From: an uncultured Gammaproteobacteria bacterium
GTDB lineage: Bacteria > Patescibacteriota > Microgenomatia > Levybacterales > UBA12049
Assembly: GCA_964497535.1 (NCBI GenBank)
Contig: CAZCCG010000001.1
Span: 2,688-66,687 of the forward strand
Length of the DNA: 64,000 bases
Direction: 5' to 3'
Below the pieces are notes generated by a model, which searched no databases, was not told where the DNA came from, and was given only the letters and a program-made list of their open reading frames with translations. This document shows positions 29,382-39,413 of this stretch, piece by piece (position 1 is the stretch's first letter; every line of letters begins with the position of its first letter). Position numbers and translations under genes: made by a program.

Positions 29382-30632
29382 TTAAAGGACCTTAAGTCGA
29401 TACAAATATCTAACACATACTGCTGCGATACTAATCACAACTCCAAAGCTAAAAAGAGTCAATAACAATCCCACCGAATTTGCAAAAAATCCCAAAAGAA
29501 GTACCGGAATAGGAGTCACTAATGCAATAAGAATATCAAGAAAAGAAAATACCCTTCCATGCATCTGGACAGGAGCAAACCGTTGCACCAAAGTCCTAGA
29601 TTGCACTGAAATAATAACAATACAAATACCTGCAACCATAGCTATGAGAGAAGAAAACCCCTGCAAGACAAAAGCATTCCCCTGTCCCGGCAGTATCAAC
29701 GGCAAAATACTTAATAGAATATACAAAATGGAAATCCCGATCATTGAACTAAAGATAGAAGTCTTATACCCCAACATGTTTCGTATTGAAGGCAATAGCA
29801 AAGCGCCTAACGCTAACCCTGCAATAAAAGGAATAATAAGGACATAGCTAATCATCGGAATCGGCAGAAAGAGATACCGTCTCACGTATTCCAAAAGAAT
29901 AACAGTCAATACCCCAATATTGAGCTCGACAAACGCTAATAAAAAAATTGGGATTGTTACTCTATAATTCGTCCGTAATTCCCCCAAGACATCCAGAAAT
30001 AACTGTGTTGTTTGTTTTACTACACTTTTTTCTGAAACTTCAAGCTCTACTTTTTGAATCTTTCTCAGTCCTACCAATGAAATCAAACCGACCAGAAGTA
30101 ATATACTTGCAACCACAAATGGGATACTCTGGCCGGAAGTTCCCAATCCCCCTCCCAACTGGATAATGGGTGCCGCAATAATATATCCTACAAGTACTGA
30201 TCCCAATAGAGTAAATAGAAAAAAAGTATTGGCCAACTCTAACTGATGCGGTTTGACAATTTGCGGTATTGCTGCGGCTTCTGCAGGAATAAAAAACCGA
30301 GCAACTGACGCGGTTAAAAAAGCAACGGCGATAATAGCCAGAAAATTTGTCCCTACCCATAAATACAATCCAAAAAATACAATTAAAGCAATGTCGCATA
30401 ACACCATCAACCGCTTTTTTTCGGAAAGCTCTACTAATGGACCGGCAATAATACCAAACAATAATGCGGGAATTGTGATACCAACATAAAACCATGCCTG
30501 CTTTAGCGGTGACTGTGTTGTATAAGCGATAATAAGAAGCGCTGTATAGTTACAGAGGTTAATACTTACTTGCAAAAGAACTTGATTTCCCCATACGCGT
30601 AAAAAATCAGAGTTCTTCAGAAGTGATTTCAT
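29382..30632 (-). CDS. MFS transporter
   Basis: about 12 TM; GPLVELSEKKRLM, FFIPAEAAAIP, GRVFS. Confidence 0.88.
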   Translation of the reverse strand: MKSLLKNSDFLRVWGNQVLLQVSINLCNYTALLIIAYTTQSPLKQAWFYVGITIPALLFGIIAGPLVELSEKKRLMVLCDIALIVFFGLYLWVGTNFLAIIAVAFLTASVARFFIPAEAAAIPQIVKPHQLELANTFFLFTLLGSVLVGYIIAAPIIQLGGGLGTSGQSIPFVVASILLLVGLISLVGLRKIQKVELEVSEKSVVKQTTQLFLDVLGELRTNYRVTIPIFLLAFVELNIGVLTVILLEYVRRYLFLPIPMISYVLIIPFIAGLALGALLLPSIRNMLGYKTSIFSSMIGISILYILLSILPLILPGQGNAFVLQGFSSLIAMVAGICIVIISVQSRTLVQRFAPVQMHGRVFSFLDILIALVTPIPVLLLGFFANSVGLLLTLFSFGVVISIAAVCVRYLYRLKVL

Positions 30633-31234
30633 ATCGGCTGCTGCGGGATAAGATTATTAAATTTCACATTGACATAATCCAAATGAAGCAGAATGAAAAA
30701 CAACAGAATCCCCAGCGTCACAATGAATACTTCCTGTGCAATTCTTTTATGATTACGAGATAGCTTGATAGTAACAAGATAAAATAATGCTAAAAGGCTT
30801 GAAACTGAAAACATATAAATAGCATGCCACAGTCCCAATAAATTCCAGTGCCACGGTGTTGGCATGGCCCAATTTACTAAATTATTTACCGCCTGGCTGA
30901 TATGAAAATAAATCGTTATCAGTCCCCCAATAATCAAAGCTAAAGTCAAAAGTTTTTGGGTAATAACTTTTCTATTATTCAGCAAATAACTGGCGACAAT
31001 CATATTGATAATCGGCAATAAAATTCCATCACCTAGAATCGCTGATTTATAGGTCAAGCTGCTACGAAGACTTTCCACCAATGGAGAATGAATTGAATAG
31101 AGATAGATGTTGAGGATTGCGGCTGCACCGAATCCAAAAAAAAATGTTGCAATCCCAACAGAGAGAATAATATTTCTTTTACGTGCAAGGAAAGGATTTT
31201 CTTCAATTCTTTTGATAAGCAGTGCTGCTCTCAT
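30629..31234 (-). CDS. 5-TM hypothetical membrane protein
   Basis: hydrophobic ORF coupled to the GT4 and MFS genes; NWAMPTPWHWN..G.WH. Confidence 0.75.
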   Translation of the reverse strand: MRAALLIKRIEENPFLARKRNIILSVGIATFFFGFGAAAILNIYLYSIHSPLVESLRSSLTYKSAILGDGILLPIINMIVASYLLNNRKVITQKLLTLALIIGGLITIYFHISQAVNNLVNWAMPTPWHWNLLGLWHAIYMFSVSSLLALFYLVTIKLSRNHKRIAQEVFIVTLGILLFFILLHLDYVNVKFNNLIPQQPI

Positions 31235-32429
31235 AGGCTTTTTTAACAAATGTCTGTATTTCTTTTTGGAAACGTTCTTTTGAAAATAGAGCAGCTTGTT
31301 TGATACAAGCTTGACGTGACCATTTTATTGTATCAAATTTTTGGATTGTGGAAAGCAGAGCATTTACACTTAATTCATGAAAAAAGAGTCCTGTCTTTCC
31401 TTCAACGACAGACTCTTTGTATCCCCCGCCATAGAATGCAACAACCGGGGTACCACAGAGCATTGATTCAACCGGAGTAATCCCAAAATCTTCATCTGTT
31501 GCCAATGCCAAAAATGCTTTTGCTTGAGAATAAAGTTGTATCAATTCTTCATCAGTTACATGTCCTAAAAACTCTACATTCTTCTGTGCAAGTTTTTCAA
31601 GCTTTTTATGTTCTGTATAATACCCTGCCGCAACTCCTGCAATTTTGAGATTAAATCCCCCTTTGACTGCTGCCTCTACCGCCAAATCCAACCCCTTCCC
31701 CCCTACAATCCGCGCGAGAATAAAAAAGTACTCTTCCTTTTTATTGTCATTCTCAGCTTGACTGAGAATCGTGGATCCTCGCTTTCGCGAGGATGACTGG
31801 GAGGTATTACTCGATAACTGTTGGGGTAACGAAACCGGAGGATAAATCACTGTCGCATCACGACGATAAAACTTTTTGATCCGTGCTGCAGTTTCACGAG
31901 AGTTGGCAATAAAGTAATTTACTTTTTGTGCAGCAGTGAAATCATACATTCGCATGAAATGTCCGACAATCGCAGCATATACCCGTACCGGCCAGTATTT
32001 TTGAAACTCAATCGAAGTCTTATATCCATACAACCACCGTGGCGGCGTATGGCAGTAACAAACCTCGATAGGACTACTGCTAACTGCTAACTGATTACTA
32101 CTAACTCTTCGGGAGCCGAATCCTTTGGTTACATACCAAGAAGCTGATGAGATAACAACATCATACTGCATCAATTCCTTTTTGAATGAACCCCACACGA
32201 GCGGTGCCAAAAACCGCAGCGGACTATGCAGATAGCTTGAGAAAAATGGGATGAAGTGAACCCATGAAGGCTTAATAACTCTACTTTTGAGTTGTTGATA
32301 TGCGTATGAATCCTTTTTATAAAACGCCGTATAGATAGGCGCTTCAGGATAGAGCTCGGCCAGTGCTTCCAGCACACGCTCTGCTCCCCCATACTCTTTA
32401 ATATAGTCGTGTATTAATGCTACCTTCAT
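31203..32429 (-). CDS. glycosyltransferase family 4
   Basis: GGAERV, YCHTPPR, VIYPPV, EDFGITPVESM. Confidence 0.93.
   Translation of the reverse strand: MKVALIHDYIKEYGGAERVLEALAELYPEAPIYTAFYKKDSYAYQQLKSRVIKPSWVHFIPFFSSYLHSPLRFLAPLVWGSFKKELMQYDVVISSASWYVTKGFGSRRVSSNQLAVSSSPIEVCYCHTPPRWLYGYKTSIEFQKYWPVRVYAAIVGHFMRMYDFTAAQKVNYFIANSRETAARIKKFYRRDATVIYPPVSLPQQLSSNTSQSSSRKRGSTILSQAENDNKKEEYFFILARIVGGKGLDLAVEAAVKGGFNLKIAGVAAGYYTEHKKLEKLAQKNVEFLGHVTDEELIQLYSQAKAFLALATDEDFGITPVESMLCGTPVVAFYGGGYKESVVEGKTGLFFHELSVNALLSTIQKFDTIKWSRQACIKQAALFSKERFQKEIQTFVKKAYESSTAYQKN
31746..31797. repeat. REP/dRS3-like double palindrome inserted in frame in the GT4 gene
   Basis: minus strand GTCATCCTCGCGAAAGCGAGGATCCACGATTCTCAGTCAAGCTGAGAATGAC. 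Confidence 0.85.
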
Positions 32430-32505
32430 AAATCCTTTCGTATTTCGGGACGCTCAGACATTCCTATATACAATATACGAAATACTAAATACAAACACGC
32501 CTTAC

Positions 32506-33423
32506 TCAAAGGAGTCCCAACTGCTCCTCCTTTTTTTCTTGTTTTTGCCGCTGAATAAATATAGGGATTCGTTTGGCCAGACTCTTAAATTCCAGCTTTT
32601 CAAACTCCGCTTCCACTCCACCCCGGTCCAATCGTGCCACTTCACATTTTTTGATGTCTATAGTCACGGGCGCGTCTGTAATAATGGTGGCTAGCTGCTT
32701 GGCCATACCAGCTGCTTCAGCACCACTCGCAAGCTTGAGAGCCAGCCCTTCATTTTTTATTTTAATCTCATCCAGGTGTTGATAAATATTCTCCAATGTC
32801 TGGTACTGCTTCAATAAATTCGCCGCACCTTTGGGACCAATTCCTGCTACCCCTGGATAATTATCAGACGCGTCTCCCACCAATGCTTTATAGTCGATCA
32901 TTTGGGTCGGATGAATACCAAACTTCTCCTCTACTTTTTGCTCATCATAGAGTTCTGTCTTGGTAACCCCAACAAGCGGCATCAGTACTTTTACCCCAGG
33001 CGTAACCAATTGCATCATATCGCGATCTCCGGTGACAATAATGACTTCATATCCATTCTTATCAAAGTGACTTGCAATCGTCCCGATCAAATCATCTGCT
33101 TCATACCCGTCAACTTCAAAAATTTGCACATGCATCTGATTAAGAACATCATGGATCAATGCTATCTGGGAAGATAGTTCGTCTGCCATTTGCGGCCGTG
33201 TAGCCTGGTATCCTGCATAGAGTTGCTTACGAAATGTTGGCTTCGGCCGATCAAAACACACAATAATATAGTCAGGCTTTTGGTCTTCCAAAATCTTGAG
33301 AAACATTGCGGAAAATCCATAGACAGCATTGGTTAACTGCCCTGAAGAATTTGAAAGCGGCGGATAGGCATGATATGCCCGATGTAAAATTGCATTTCCG
33401 TCTATAAGTACCAGCTTTTCCAT
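32506..33423 (-). CDS. stand-alone 5'-3' exonuclease/flap endonuclease (PolA N-terminal domain)
   Basis: LIDGN...RAYHA, GYEADD, TGDRD, GDASDNYPGVAGIGPK; no polymerase domain. Confidence 0.92.
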   Translation of the reverse strand: MEKLVLIDGNAILHRAYHAYPPLSNSSGQLTNAVYGFSAMFLKILEDQKPDYIIVCFDRPKPTFRKQLYAGYQATRPQMADELSSQIALIHDVLNQMHVQIFEVDGYEADDLIGTIASHFDKNGYEVIIVTGDRDMMQLVTPGVKVLMPLVGVTKTELYDEQKVEEKFGIHPTQMIDYKALVGDASDNYPGVAGIGPKGAANLLKQYQTLENIYQHLDEIKIKNEGLALKLASGAEAAGMAKQLATIITDAPVTIDIKKCEVARLDRGGVEAEFEKLEFKSLAKRIPIFIQRQKQEKKEEQLGLL

Positions 33424-33485
33424 ATCCCTGATTCTAACAGAAAAGAGATACCAAAGAAACCGAGTTTCCCTGCTATAATACAGCT

Positions 33486-34091
33486 ATGATTAAAGCAATC
33501 CTTTTTGATGCCGACGGCGTTATCATCAATACTGAAATGTTTAGCGTTCAATTGGCCAAAGACTATCATATTGATCCGCAGAAATTGCTTCCTTTTTTCA
33601 AAAATGAATTCCAAAAATGTCTTACCGGCAAAGCTGACCTCAAAGTCGAATTGCAACCATACCTCAAGCAATGGGGTTGGACGAAATCTGCTGATGATTT
33701 CCTCACCTATTGGTTTGCGTCAGAACACAAAATTGATGAGTCCCTTATTGCCTACATCCAGACTCTTCGCAGAAGAGGTATACCCTGCTATATGGCAACC
33801 AACCAGGAAAAATATCGTACAGAATATTTTCTCACTCGCATGGGTTTTGCGGAAAGTTTTGATGCTATTTTTTCTTCATCCCAGTTGGGGGAGAAAAAAC
33901 CAGACACTGCATTTTTTAAAAAAATCCTCACCAATCTCAAACCGTTACAAGCAGAAGAAATTCTCTTTTGGGATAATAGCCCAAGCCACATCAACGGAGC
34001 AAAACAAGTAGGGATCCATGCGCAGCTCTATACAAACTTTGAGGATCTCAAAAAGAAAACAGACCAACTCCTAACTGTAACAACTGATTGA
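33486..34091 (+). CDS. HAD-superfamily hydrolase
   Basis: FDADGV, ATN, KKPD, WDN. Confidence 0.9.
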   Translation: MIKAILFDADGVIINTEMFSVQLAKDYHIDPQKLLPFFKNEFQKCLTGKADLKVELQPYLKQWGWTKSADDFLTYWFASEHKIDESLIAYIQTLRRRGIPCYMATNQEKYRTEYFLTRMGFAESFDAIFSSSQLGEKKPDTAFFKKILTNLKPLQAEEILFWDNSPSHINGAKQVGIHAQLYTNFEDLKKKTDQLLTVTTD

Positions 34092-34097
34092 TACCTT

Positions 34098-34230
34098 GAC
34101 TACAGTCTAATCATGAATTAAGAATAAAGAATTATCCTTCGGCTGTGCTCAGGACGAGTGAATCAAGGTAATACCATAACTCATAATTCATACTTCATAA
34201 TTCCCAATTGTTAACTACTGACTGCTAACT
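34098..34230. repeat. family B nested repeat element, copy 2
   Basis: near-identical to 16256-16360. Confidence 0.92.
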
Positions 34231-34270
34231 CCTCCTATATACTAAATACAAAATACTCTATACTTACCCT

Positions 34271-34510
34271 ATGTCCTGGCAGAATTTACTCTTTACCGGT
34301 GGAACGCTGATTTTTATTATTGCCTTGCTTCCCAGTGTTTTGGGCAAGAATGACAAACCAGCTATAACGACAAGTCTAGTTACGGGCATAACCCTTCTTG
34401 CTTATACGATTGCCTATATGAGTCTGCAATTTTGGAGCGCTGGAGCAATGGCATTTGCATTATCAATACTCTGGTTTATTCTTTTAATTCAGAAAATGAG
34501 AAAACAGTAA
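34271..34510 (+). CDS. small 3-TM membrane protein
   Basis: 79 aa, ALLPSV...KPA..TS; TATACT 6 nt before ATG. Confidence 0.7.
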   Translation: MSWQNLLFTGGTLIFIIALLPSVLGKNDKPAITTSLVTGITLLAYTIAYMSLQFWSAGAMAFALSILWFILLIQKMRKQ

Positions 34511-34554
34511 TACCAAAAAAAATGGCACTGTAAGATCTTTACAGTGCCCGGTAC

Positions 34555-34827
34555 CTAACGAGTAGACTCCTCTGCTAAGAAACTCCTTACCTGATCCATG
34601 AGTTTCTCAACTAACGGCAGCTTTTCATGACTCCCATCAAAATCTTCGTAAGCTTCAGCAAGCATCAGAGCAATAGTTATATTCAGTACTCCATCCTCCC
34701 TGGCCAATTGTGTAATCTGATCTCGAAGATTGCTGACGCTCGTACAGCATGCAGGAAGACCGTCCCGTTCTTTACTGATCAAACTCATCCACTCGGTGTC
34801 GGTAAGCGCAACCCTTTGCTCTTCCAC
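34555..34827 (-). CDS. helical orphan protein
   Basis: SD AAGGAGG before GTG 34827; ends at hairpin GGCACTGTAA...TTACAGTGCC (34524-34548). Confidence 0.55.
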   Translation of the reverse strand: MEEQRVALTDTEWMSLISKERDGLPACCTSVSNLRDQITQLAREDGVLNITIALMLAEAYEDFDGSHEKLPLVEKLMDQVRSFLAEESTR

Positions 34828-34873
34828 AGGATCCTCCTTTTGAAGTTTTGCTCGCAAACCAGTACGTAGTATA

Positions 34874-35797
34874 TCACAAAACTATAGAAGCTAAGAAAAA
34901 TATAACGGCCAAAACAACCAGCTGTATATACATCCCCGGTACCATCCCCACCCAGTGTGTATGCCAATGGGCATCTATTTTATTAAGCTTTCTAAATCCA
35001 TACCCAGGATTAAATACAAACCAAAAGAAATCCTCAAGTAATATTGCCAAACACAACACCCCAAGCATCTGCAATTCCAAAGACCAGGAAAAAGTAATCC
35101 CAAAGAAAAATCCTGCCTGCATCAGTACCACGACAAAAATAGTCAACCATGTGTGGTAGCCAGTGACTGGTCGTTGCCCAACAAAGAAATGGGAAATCTT
35201 GGTGACCATTCGCCAGGTCGGTAACTTCTGTGCCCATCCATCCACTCCCTCTACTTGTATCTCAAGCTGTGCTACAAAAAAAGAGGCTACTATTCCAAAA
35301 AGACAAATCATCATAATTGATGGGTTTGCAAGAGGAGTATCCTGAGCAATAAAACTCAACAAAAAAAAGATTACTCCACCGGTAAAAAACTTGAGATATG
35401 AAAGTGGAATTGATCCAAACCACTCGTGATGCCAGGTAATATCTTTTTGTGTGAACTTTTTCAAGCCATAATGAGGGTTGAGTACAAACCACAAGAAATC
35501 CTCAACAAGCCAAATGAAGCAAAATGCCGAAAGGATATGCAGTTCCAATGTAAGATCCCACGAAAGAGTAAGAACAAATACCCCATGCAGAAACCAAAGA
35601 ATAGTTGTAATAAGCCAAAAGTGATACCCTGTTAACGGCGCTTTTCCATAGATGATTTTCGTAAACTTATTGCGTAGTCTCCACGTGGGAAGTTTTGCTG
35701 CCCACCCATCTTTACCCTCAATTTCGATTTCAAGCTTTGCCAATGCAAAAGATACCAGAAGAATAAAGAGGATAAATGGAATAATCAGGCTACTCAT
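34874..35797 (-). CDS. membrane protein built from two tandem homologous domains
   Basis: EI.(I/V)EG.DGWA.KLPTWR...TGYH...EDF.WFV.NP.YG occurs twice. Confidence 0.85.
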   Translation of the reverse strand: MSSLIIPFILFILLVSFALAKLEIEIEGKDGWAAKLPTWRLRNKFTKIIYGKAPLTGYHFWLITTILWFLHGVFVLTLSWDLTLELHILSAFCFIWLVEDFLWFVLNPHYGLKKFTQKDITWHHEWFGSIPLSYLKFFTGGVIFFLLSFIAQDTPLANPSIMMICLFGIVASFFVAQLEIQVEGVDGWAQKLPTWRMVTKISHFFVGQRPVTGYHTWLTIFVVVLMQAGFFFGITFSWSLELQMLGVLCLAILLEDFFWFVFNPGYGFRKLNKIDAHWHTHWVGMVPGMYIQLVVLAVIFFLASIVL

Positions 35798-37674
35798 TAG
35801 GATTTTACTTTGGTGGGGATAACAGTCGGTACCGTAGCTGTGGCAATTCCGATTTTGGGGCCAAGCAATGCTTTAAATTCATCAGCATCCAGTGTTTCTT
35901 TTTTCATCAGTTCTTCTGCCAAAACATCCAACTTATCATGCAGTTTTTTCAGTACCGCAATGGCTGTTTTATATCCTGCATCTGTCAATTTCTTAACTTC
36001 CATATCGATTTTTGATGCCATCTCAGGAGAAAGTTTGCTATCTTCATAGGGTGATTCTTTTTCCAGATCCAGACTCATTGGCCCCAACTCACTCATACCA
36101 TAGTCAGTTACCATAAGCCGTGCAACACGAGTTGCTTTGGCAATATCATCTGATGCTCCTGTTGTCATTTCTTTAAATATCAGATCCTCTGCCGCACGAC
36201 CTCCAAGCATCATCGCAATCATTTCAATCAAATAGGTTCTGGTCTGATGCACCATATCTTTGGGTTCGATCATGGTATGTCCTAGTGACATCCCGCGAGA
36301 AACAATAGAAATTCTATGGACCGGCTCGATGTGTGGCATCTCCCATGATACAAGCGCATGTCCTGCCTCATGGTATGCGGTCATTTTGCGGTCTTCTTCA
36401 GACTGGAGACGTCGTTTCTCAGGACCCAGCTTTACCTTTGTCGCCGCCTCTTCAATATCTTTCATGTCAATGGCTTTTTTCCCAAGACGCGCTGCCAGGA
36501 TTGCTGCTTCATTGAGCATGTTTTCCAAATCAGCACCGGAAAAACCAACAGTTCGTTTGGCCACACGTTCCCAATCAACAGCTGGCTCAAAGGGTTTGCC
36601 TTTGGCATGTATTGATAAAATTGCTTTTCGCCCAACAACATCCGGCATATCCAACGCAACACGCCGGTCAAACCGTCCAGGCCGAACCAGTGCAGGATCC
36701 AAAACATCAGGACGGTTGGTTGCTGCCATAACTACCAGTTTTTCAGTCGGTGCAAATCCATCCATTTCGACCAGAATCTGGTTGAGGGTTTGTTCGCGTT
36801 CATCGTGTCCACCCATCAGACCCATTCCCCGTTGCCGTCCAATCGCATCAACCTCATCGATAAAGATAATTGCCGGCTGGGCCTTTTTCGCAGTATTGAA
36901 TAAATCGCGTACCCGGCTTGCACCTACACCGACAAGCATTTCCATAAATTCAGATCCTGCCATTGAAAAGAATGGAACACCCGCTTCTCCTGCTGTTGCC
37001 CGTGCCAACAACGTTTTACCGGTTCCGGCCGGACCAATCATCAGTACCCCTTTGGGAGTACGAGCTCCCATTGCCTTATACTTTTCAGGATGCTTGAGAA
37101 AATCAACAATTTCTGTAAGCTCTTGCTTGGCTTCATCAACTCCCGCGACATCTTTGAAAGTAATCTGGGGCTGGTCTTTGTTGAATAATTTTGCTTTGGA
37201 CTGTCCAAATGAGAAAATATTATCTTGTGCTCCCCTTGCCTGGCGGAATATAAAGAAGAAAAAACCAATCATAAGCACAAGCGGCAATAAATTGGTAAGA
37301 AGATTCAGCCAATTGGTAACGCCTGTTTCATCTTTTACCGTAACATTGGTATTTTGCAAGGATGCTCCCGCATCTTTAAAAAGACTATAGACATTGGAAC
37401 CAGGCTCTTTCAAACTCTCTACCGAGTTACCATTTTTCAACTTTGCGGTAATTTTATTATCAGAGACGGTAATTTGTTTTACCTGACCCTTTTTTACATT
37501 TTGAATAATTTGAGAAATCGGTACAATGTTTTTATCTTCAAAGGGTGTGGCAAGCCCTGCCAAGAGAAACAGTGTAACGAGAATAAGAACTCCATACAAG
37601 ACCAGATTCTTCCAGGATAAATCAATTTTTACTTTTAGAGGTTTTTTGGAATGTCTTTTCCCATTAGAAGCCAT
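35797..37674 (-). CDS. ftsH: ATP-dependent zinc metalloprotease FtsH
   Basis: 2 [28 protein letters not shown]. Confidence 0.98.
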   Translation of the reverse strand: MASNGKRHSKKPLKVKIDLSWKNLVLYGVLILVTLFLLAGLATPFEDKNIVPISQIIQNVKKGQVKQITVSDNKITAKLKNGNSVESLKEPGSNVYSLFKDAGASLQNTNVTVKDETGVTNWLNLLTNLLPLVLMIGFFFFIFRQARGAQDNIFSFGQSKAKLFNKDQPQITFKDVAGVDEAKQELTEIVDFLKHPEKYKAMGARTPKGVLMIGPAGTGKTLLARATAGEAGVPFFSMAGSEFMEMLVGVGASRVRDLFNTAKKAQPAIIFIDEVDAIGRQRGMGLMGGHDEREQTLNQILVEMDGFAPTEKLVVMAATNRPDVLDPALVRPGRFDRRVALDMPDVVGRKAILSIHAKGKPFEPAVDWERVAKRTVGFSGADLENMLNEAAILAARLGKKAIDMKDIEEAATKVKLGPEKRRLQSEEDRKMTAYHEAGHALVSWEMPHIEPVHRISIVSRGMSLGHTMIEPKDMVHQTRTYLIEMIAMMLGGRAAEDLIFKEMTTGASDDIAKATRVARLMVTDYGMSELGPMSLDLEKESPYEDSKLSPEMASKIDMEVKKLTDAGYKTAIAVLKKLHDKLDVLAEELMKKETLDADEFKALLGPKIGIATATVPTVIPTKVKS

Positions 37675-37809
37675 ATAGTAGCTTGGAGTATAGCATAAGA
37701 ATAACCCTTTGCCAACCTGAACAATTCAATAGAAAAGACCTTTTTTTTCTGAATTAATAATCTGATCCCCTTTTGAAGTTTGCTAATCAAAATATGTATA
37801 ATAGTTCAT

Positions 37810-38118
37810 ATGAAGCCTGAACAAGACAACCAACAATATGAAGAACTCATTGTAACATTTATAGAAAAGGGGTTAGAAAACGGGACGCTCAACATAGATC
37901 AGGCAAGAAAAATAGCAGAGAGCGCATTAACACATATTGACCCTGCTCCGACTTCACCGGAAGAATATGACCAACAAACACTAACCACCATTACTACATT
38001 TCCAGAGCTTAAACCACTTACTCCCAAAGTTGGGCAAACAGAAGATCCACAGCAATCAGATAAAGCTATTGGCGATATACATAAAGCACTACAAGACGAA
38101 CAAATCAATGATAGATAA
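37810..38118 (+). CDS. small acidic hypothetical protein
   Basis: TATAAT 7 nt before ATG; overlaps start of the patatin gene. Confidence 0.6.
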   Translation: MKPEQDNQQYEELIVTFIEKGLENGTLNIDQARKIAESALTHIDPAPTSPEEYDQQTLTTITTFPELKPLTPKVGQTEDPQQSDKAIGDIHKALQDEQINDR

Positions 38119-39412
38119 CAACGCAGGACTGGATCAGCAATCAGCGAAACAGAACCAGCCAGAGCTTTCAGTAGTACACCCAAAAGAGCCTCCTCCCCCC
38201 CCAGAATCAGAAAAAAATGAAGGAAAGAAACTTGCTGCATTTGCACAAAGGGTGAAAAACATTGGGGGGACCGCACGAGACCGCTTAGCAGCAATAGCCT
38301 ATGAATCAGATTATAGTCCTGGAAGAGAATTCCTGCTTACACGCTTCAATCAATTTGTTGAAAGACTGCAAAGGGCTGAGAAAGAACCGCAAAAACTTGA
38401 AATGGAAACATATGGCAATATGGATGTCCTTGCCCTCTTGAGAGGAGAGTTATCAAAAGAAGATCCGACAATTCCGGAAACACAGAAACGCAAATTAATG
38501 GTTCTGCTACTCGGTGGTGGACAATCTGGCATTATTGGAGCCGGCGTTGTTCGAGCAATGGAAAAAGCTGGCGTTTTGGATACGGTAGATGGCTTCATTG
38601 GAGGATCAGCTGGATCATGTGCAATTCCCTGTATTGCAACCAGAACAACAGAACAAGGAGCGCAGATTTATCTCAAAAATGCAGAAAATAACAACTTTGT
38701 AAAATTACCAAAAGGGATACGCAACAGAGTGAAAGCACTGTGGGATTTATATCGTCATGGGTCAAAAAAAGCAGTTATCGATACAGAATTTGTTTGTAAT
38801 GAAATAAGCCAACTGGTTGATCCTAGAATTGATATGATTAAAAACTGTCATCAAGAACTCAAAGTAATTGTTATGGATACTGCTACAGGAAGACCAATGG
38901 TTGTTGATTTAAAGACACTAGAAAATCCTATGCAGGCAATACGGGGATCAACATGCGTACCAGGAGCATCAACTCTTTCTTCTGTTGAGTTGAATGGAAA
39001 ACAAGTTGCTGATGGTGCCTATGCAAAACAGATTCCTCTCCAAGAAGCTTTCCTAGAAGGAGCTACGGATGTACTGATTATTGCCAACTCACCCTTGGGA
39101 CAAGCAGGAGGAGTCTTAAGTGATTTACAAGCAATAGTAATGGCTCAAGCAGCACGAGGGTATGGATATAATAACCATGTGCGTCAAACCATTAGTGACT
39201 ATGACCAACGATGGAACGAACAATCTCGATTCGTTAATCATATTATACAAATGAATAACCCTAACCGTCGCGTTGCAGTTATGGCTCCAAAAAAAAGTGT
39301 TATTTCCCCTATCGAAGACCGAAAAGTAGTATTAGAAGATGCATTTAGTCGTGCAGAATCCTTTGGACAAGAAGTAGTAAAACCACAAAGAGCTATGGCT
39401 CAAGCAGCATAA
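38108..39412 (+). CDS. patatin-like phospholipase with N-terminal extension
   Basis: LLGGGQSG, GGSAG nucleophile, ADGA. Confidence 0.85.
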   Translation: MIDNNAGLDQQSAKQNQPELSVVHPKEPPPPPESEKNEGKKLAAFAQRVKNIGGTARDRLAAIAYESDYSPGREFLLTRFNQFVERLQRAEKEPQKLEMETYGNMDVLALLRGELSKEDPTIPETQKRKLMVLLLGGGQSGIIGAGVVRAMEKAGVLDTVDGFIGGSAGSCAIPCIATRTTEQGAQIYLKNAENNNFVKLPKGIRNRVKALWDLYRHGSKKAVIDTEFVCNEISQLVDPRIDMIKNCHQELKVIVMDTATGRPMVVDLKTLENPMQAIRGSTCVPGASTLSSVELNGKQVADGAYAKQIPLQEAFLEGATDVLIIANSPLGQAGGVLSDLQAIVMAQAARGYGYNNHVRQTISDYDQRWNEQSRFVNHIIQMNNPNRRVAVMAPKKSVISPIEDRKVVLEDAFSRAESFGQEVVKPQRAMAQAA

Positions 39413-39413
39413 A

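Noticed and set aside
36260-37390. 376-aa antisense ORF inside ftsH
   Set aside because: Codon-mirrored shadow of a conserved gene; no SD, promoter or recognisable motif.
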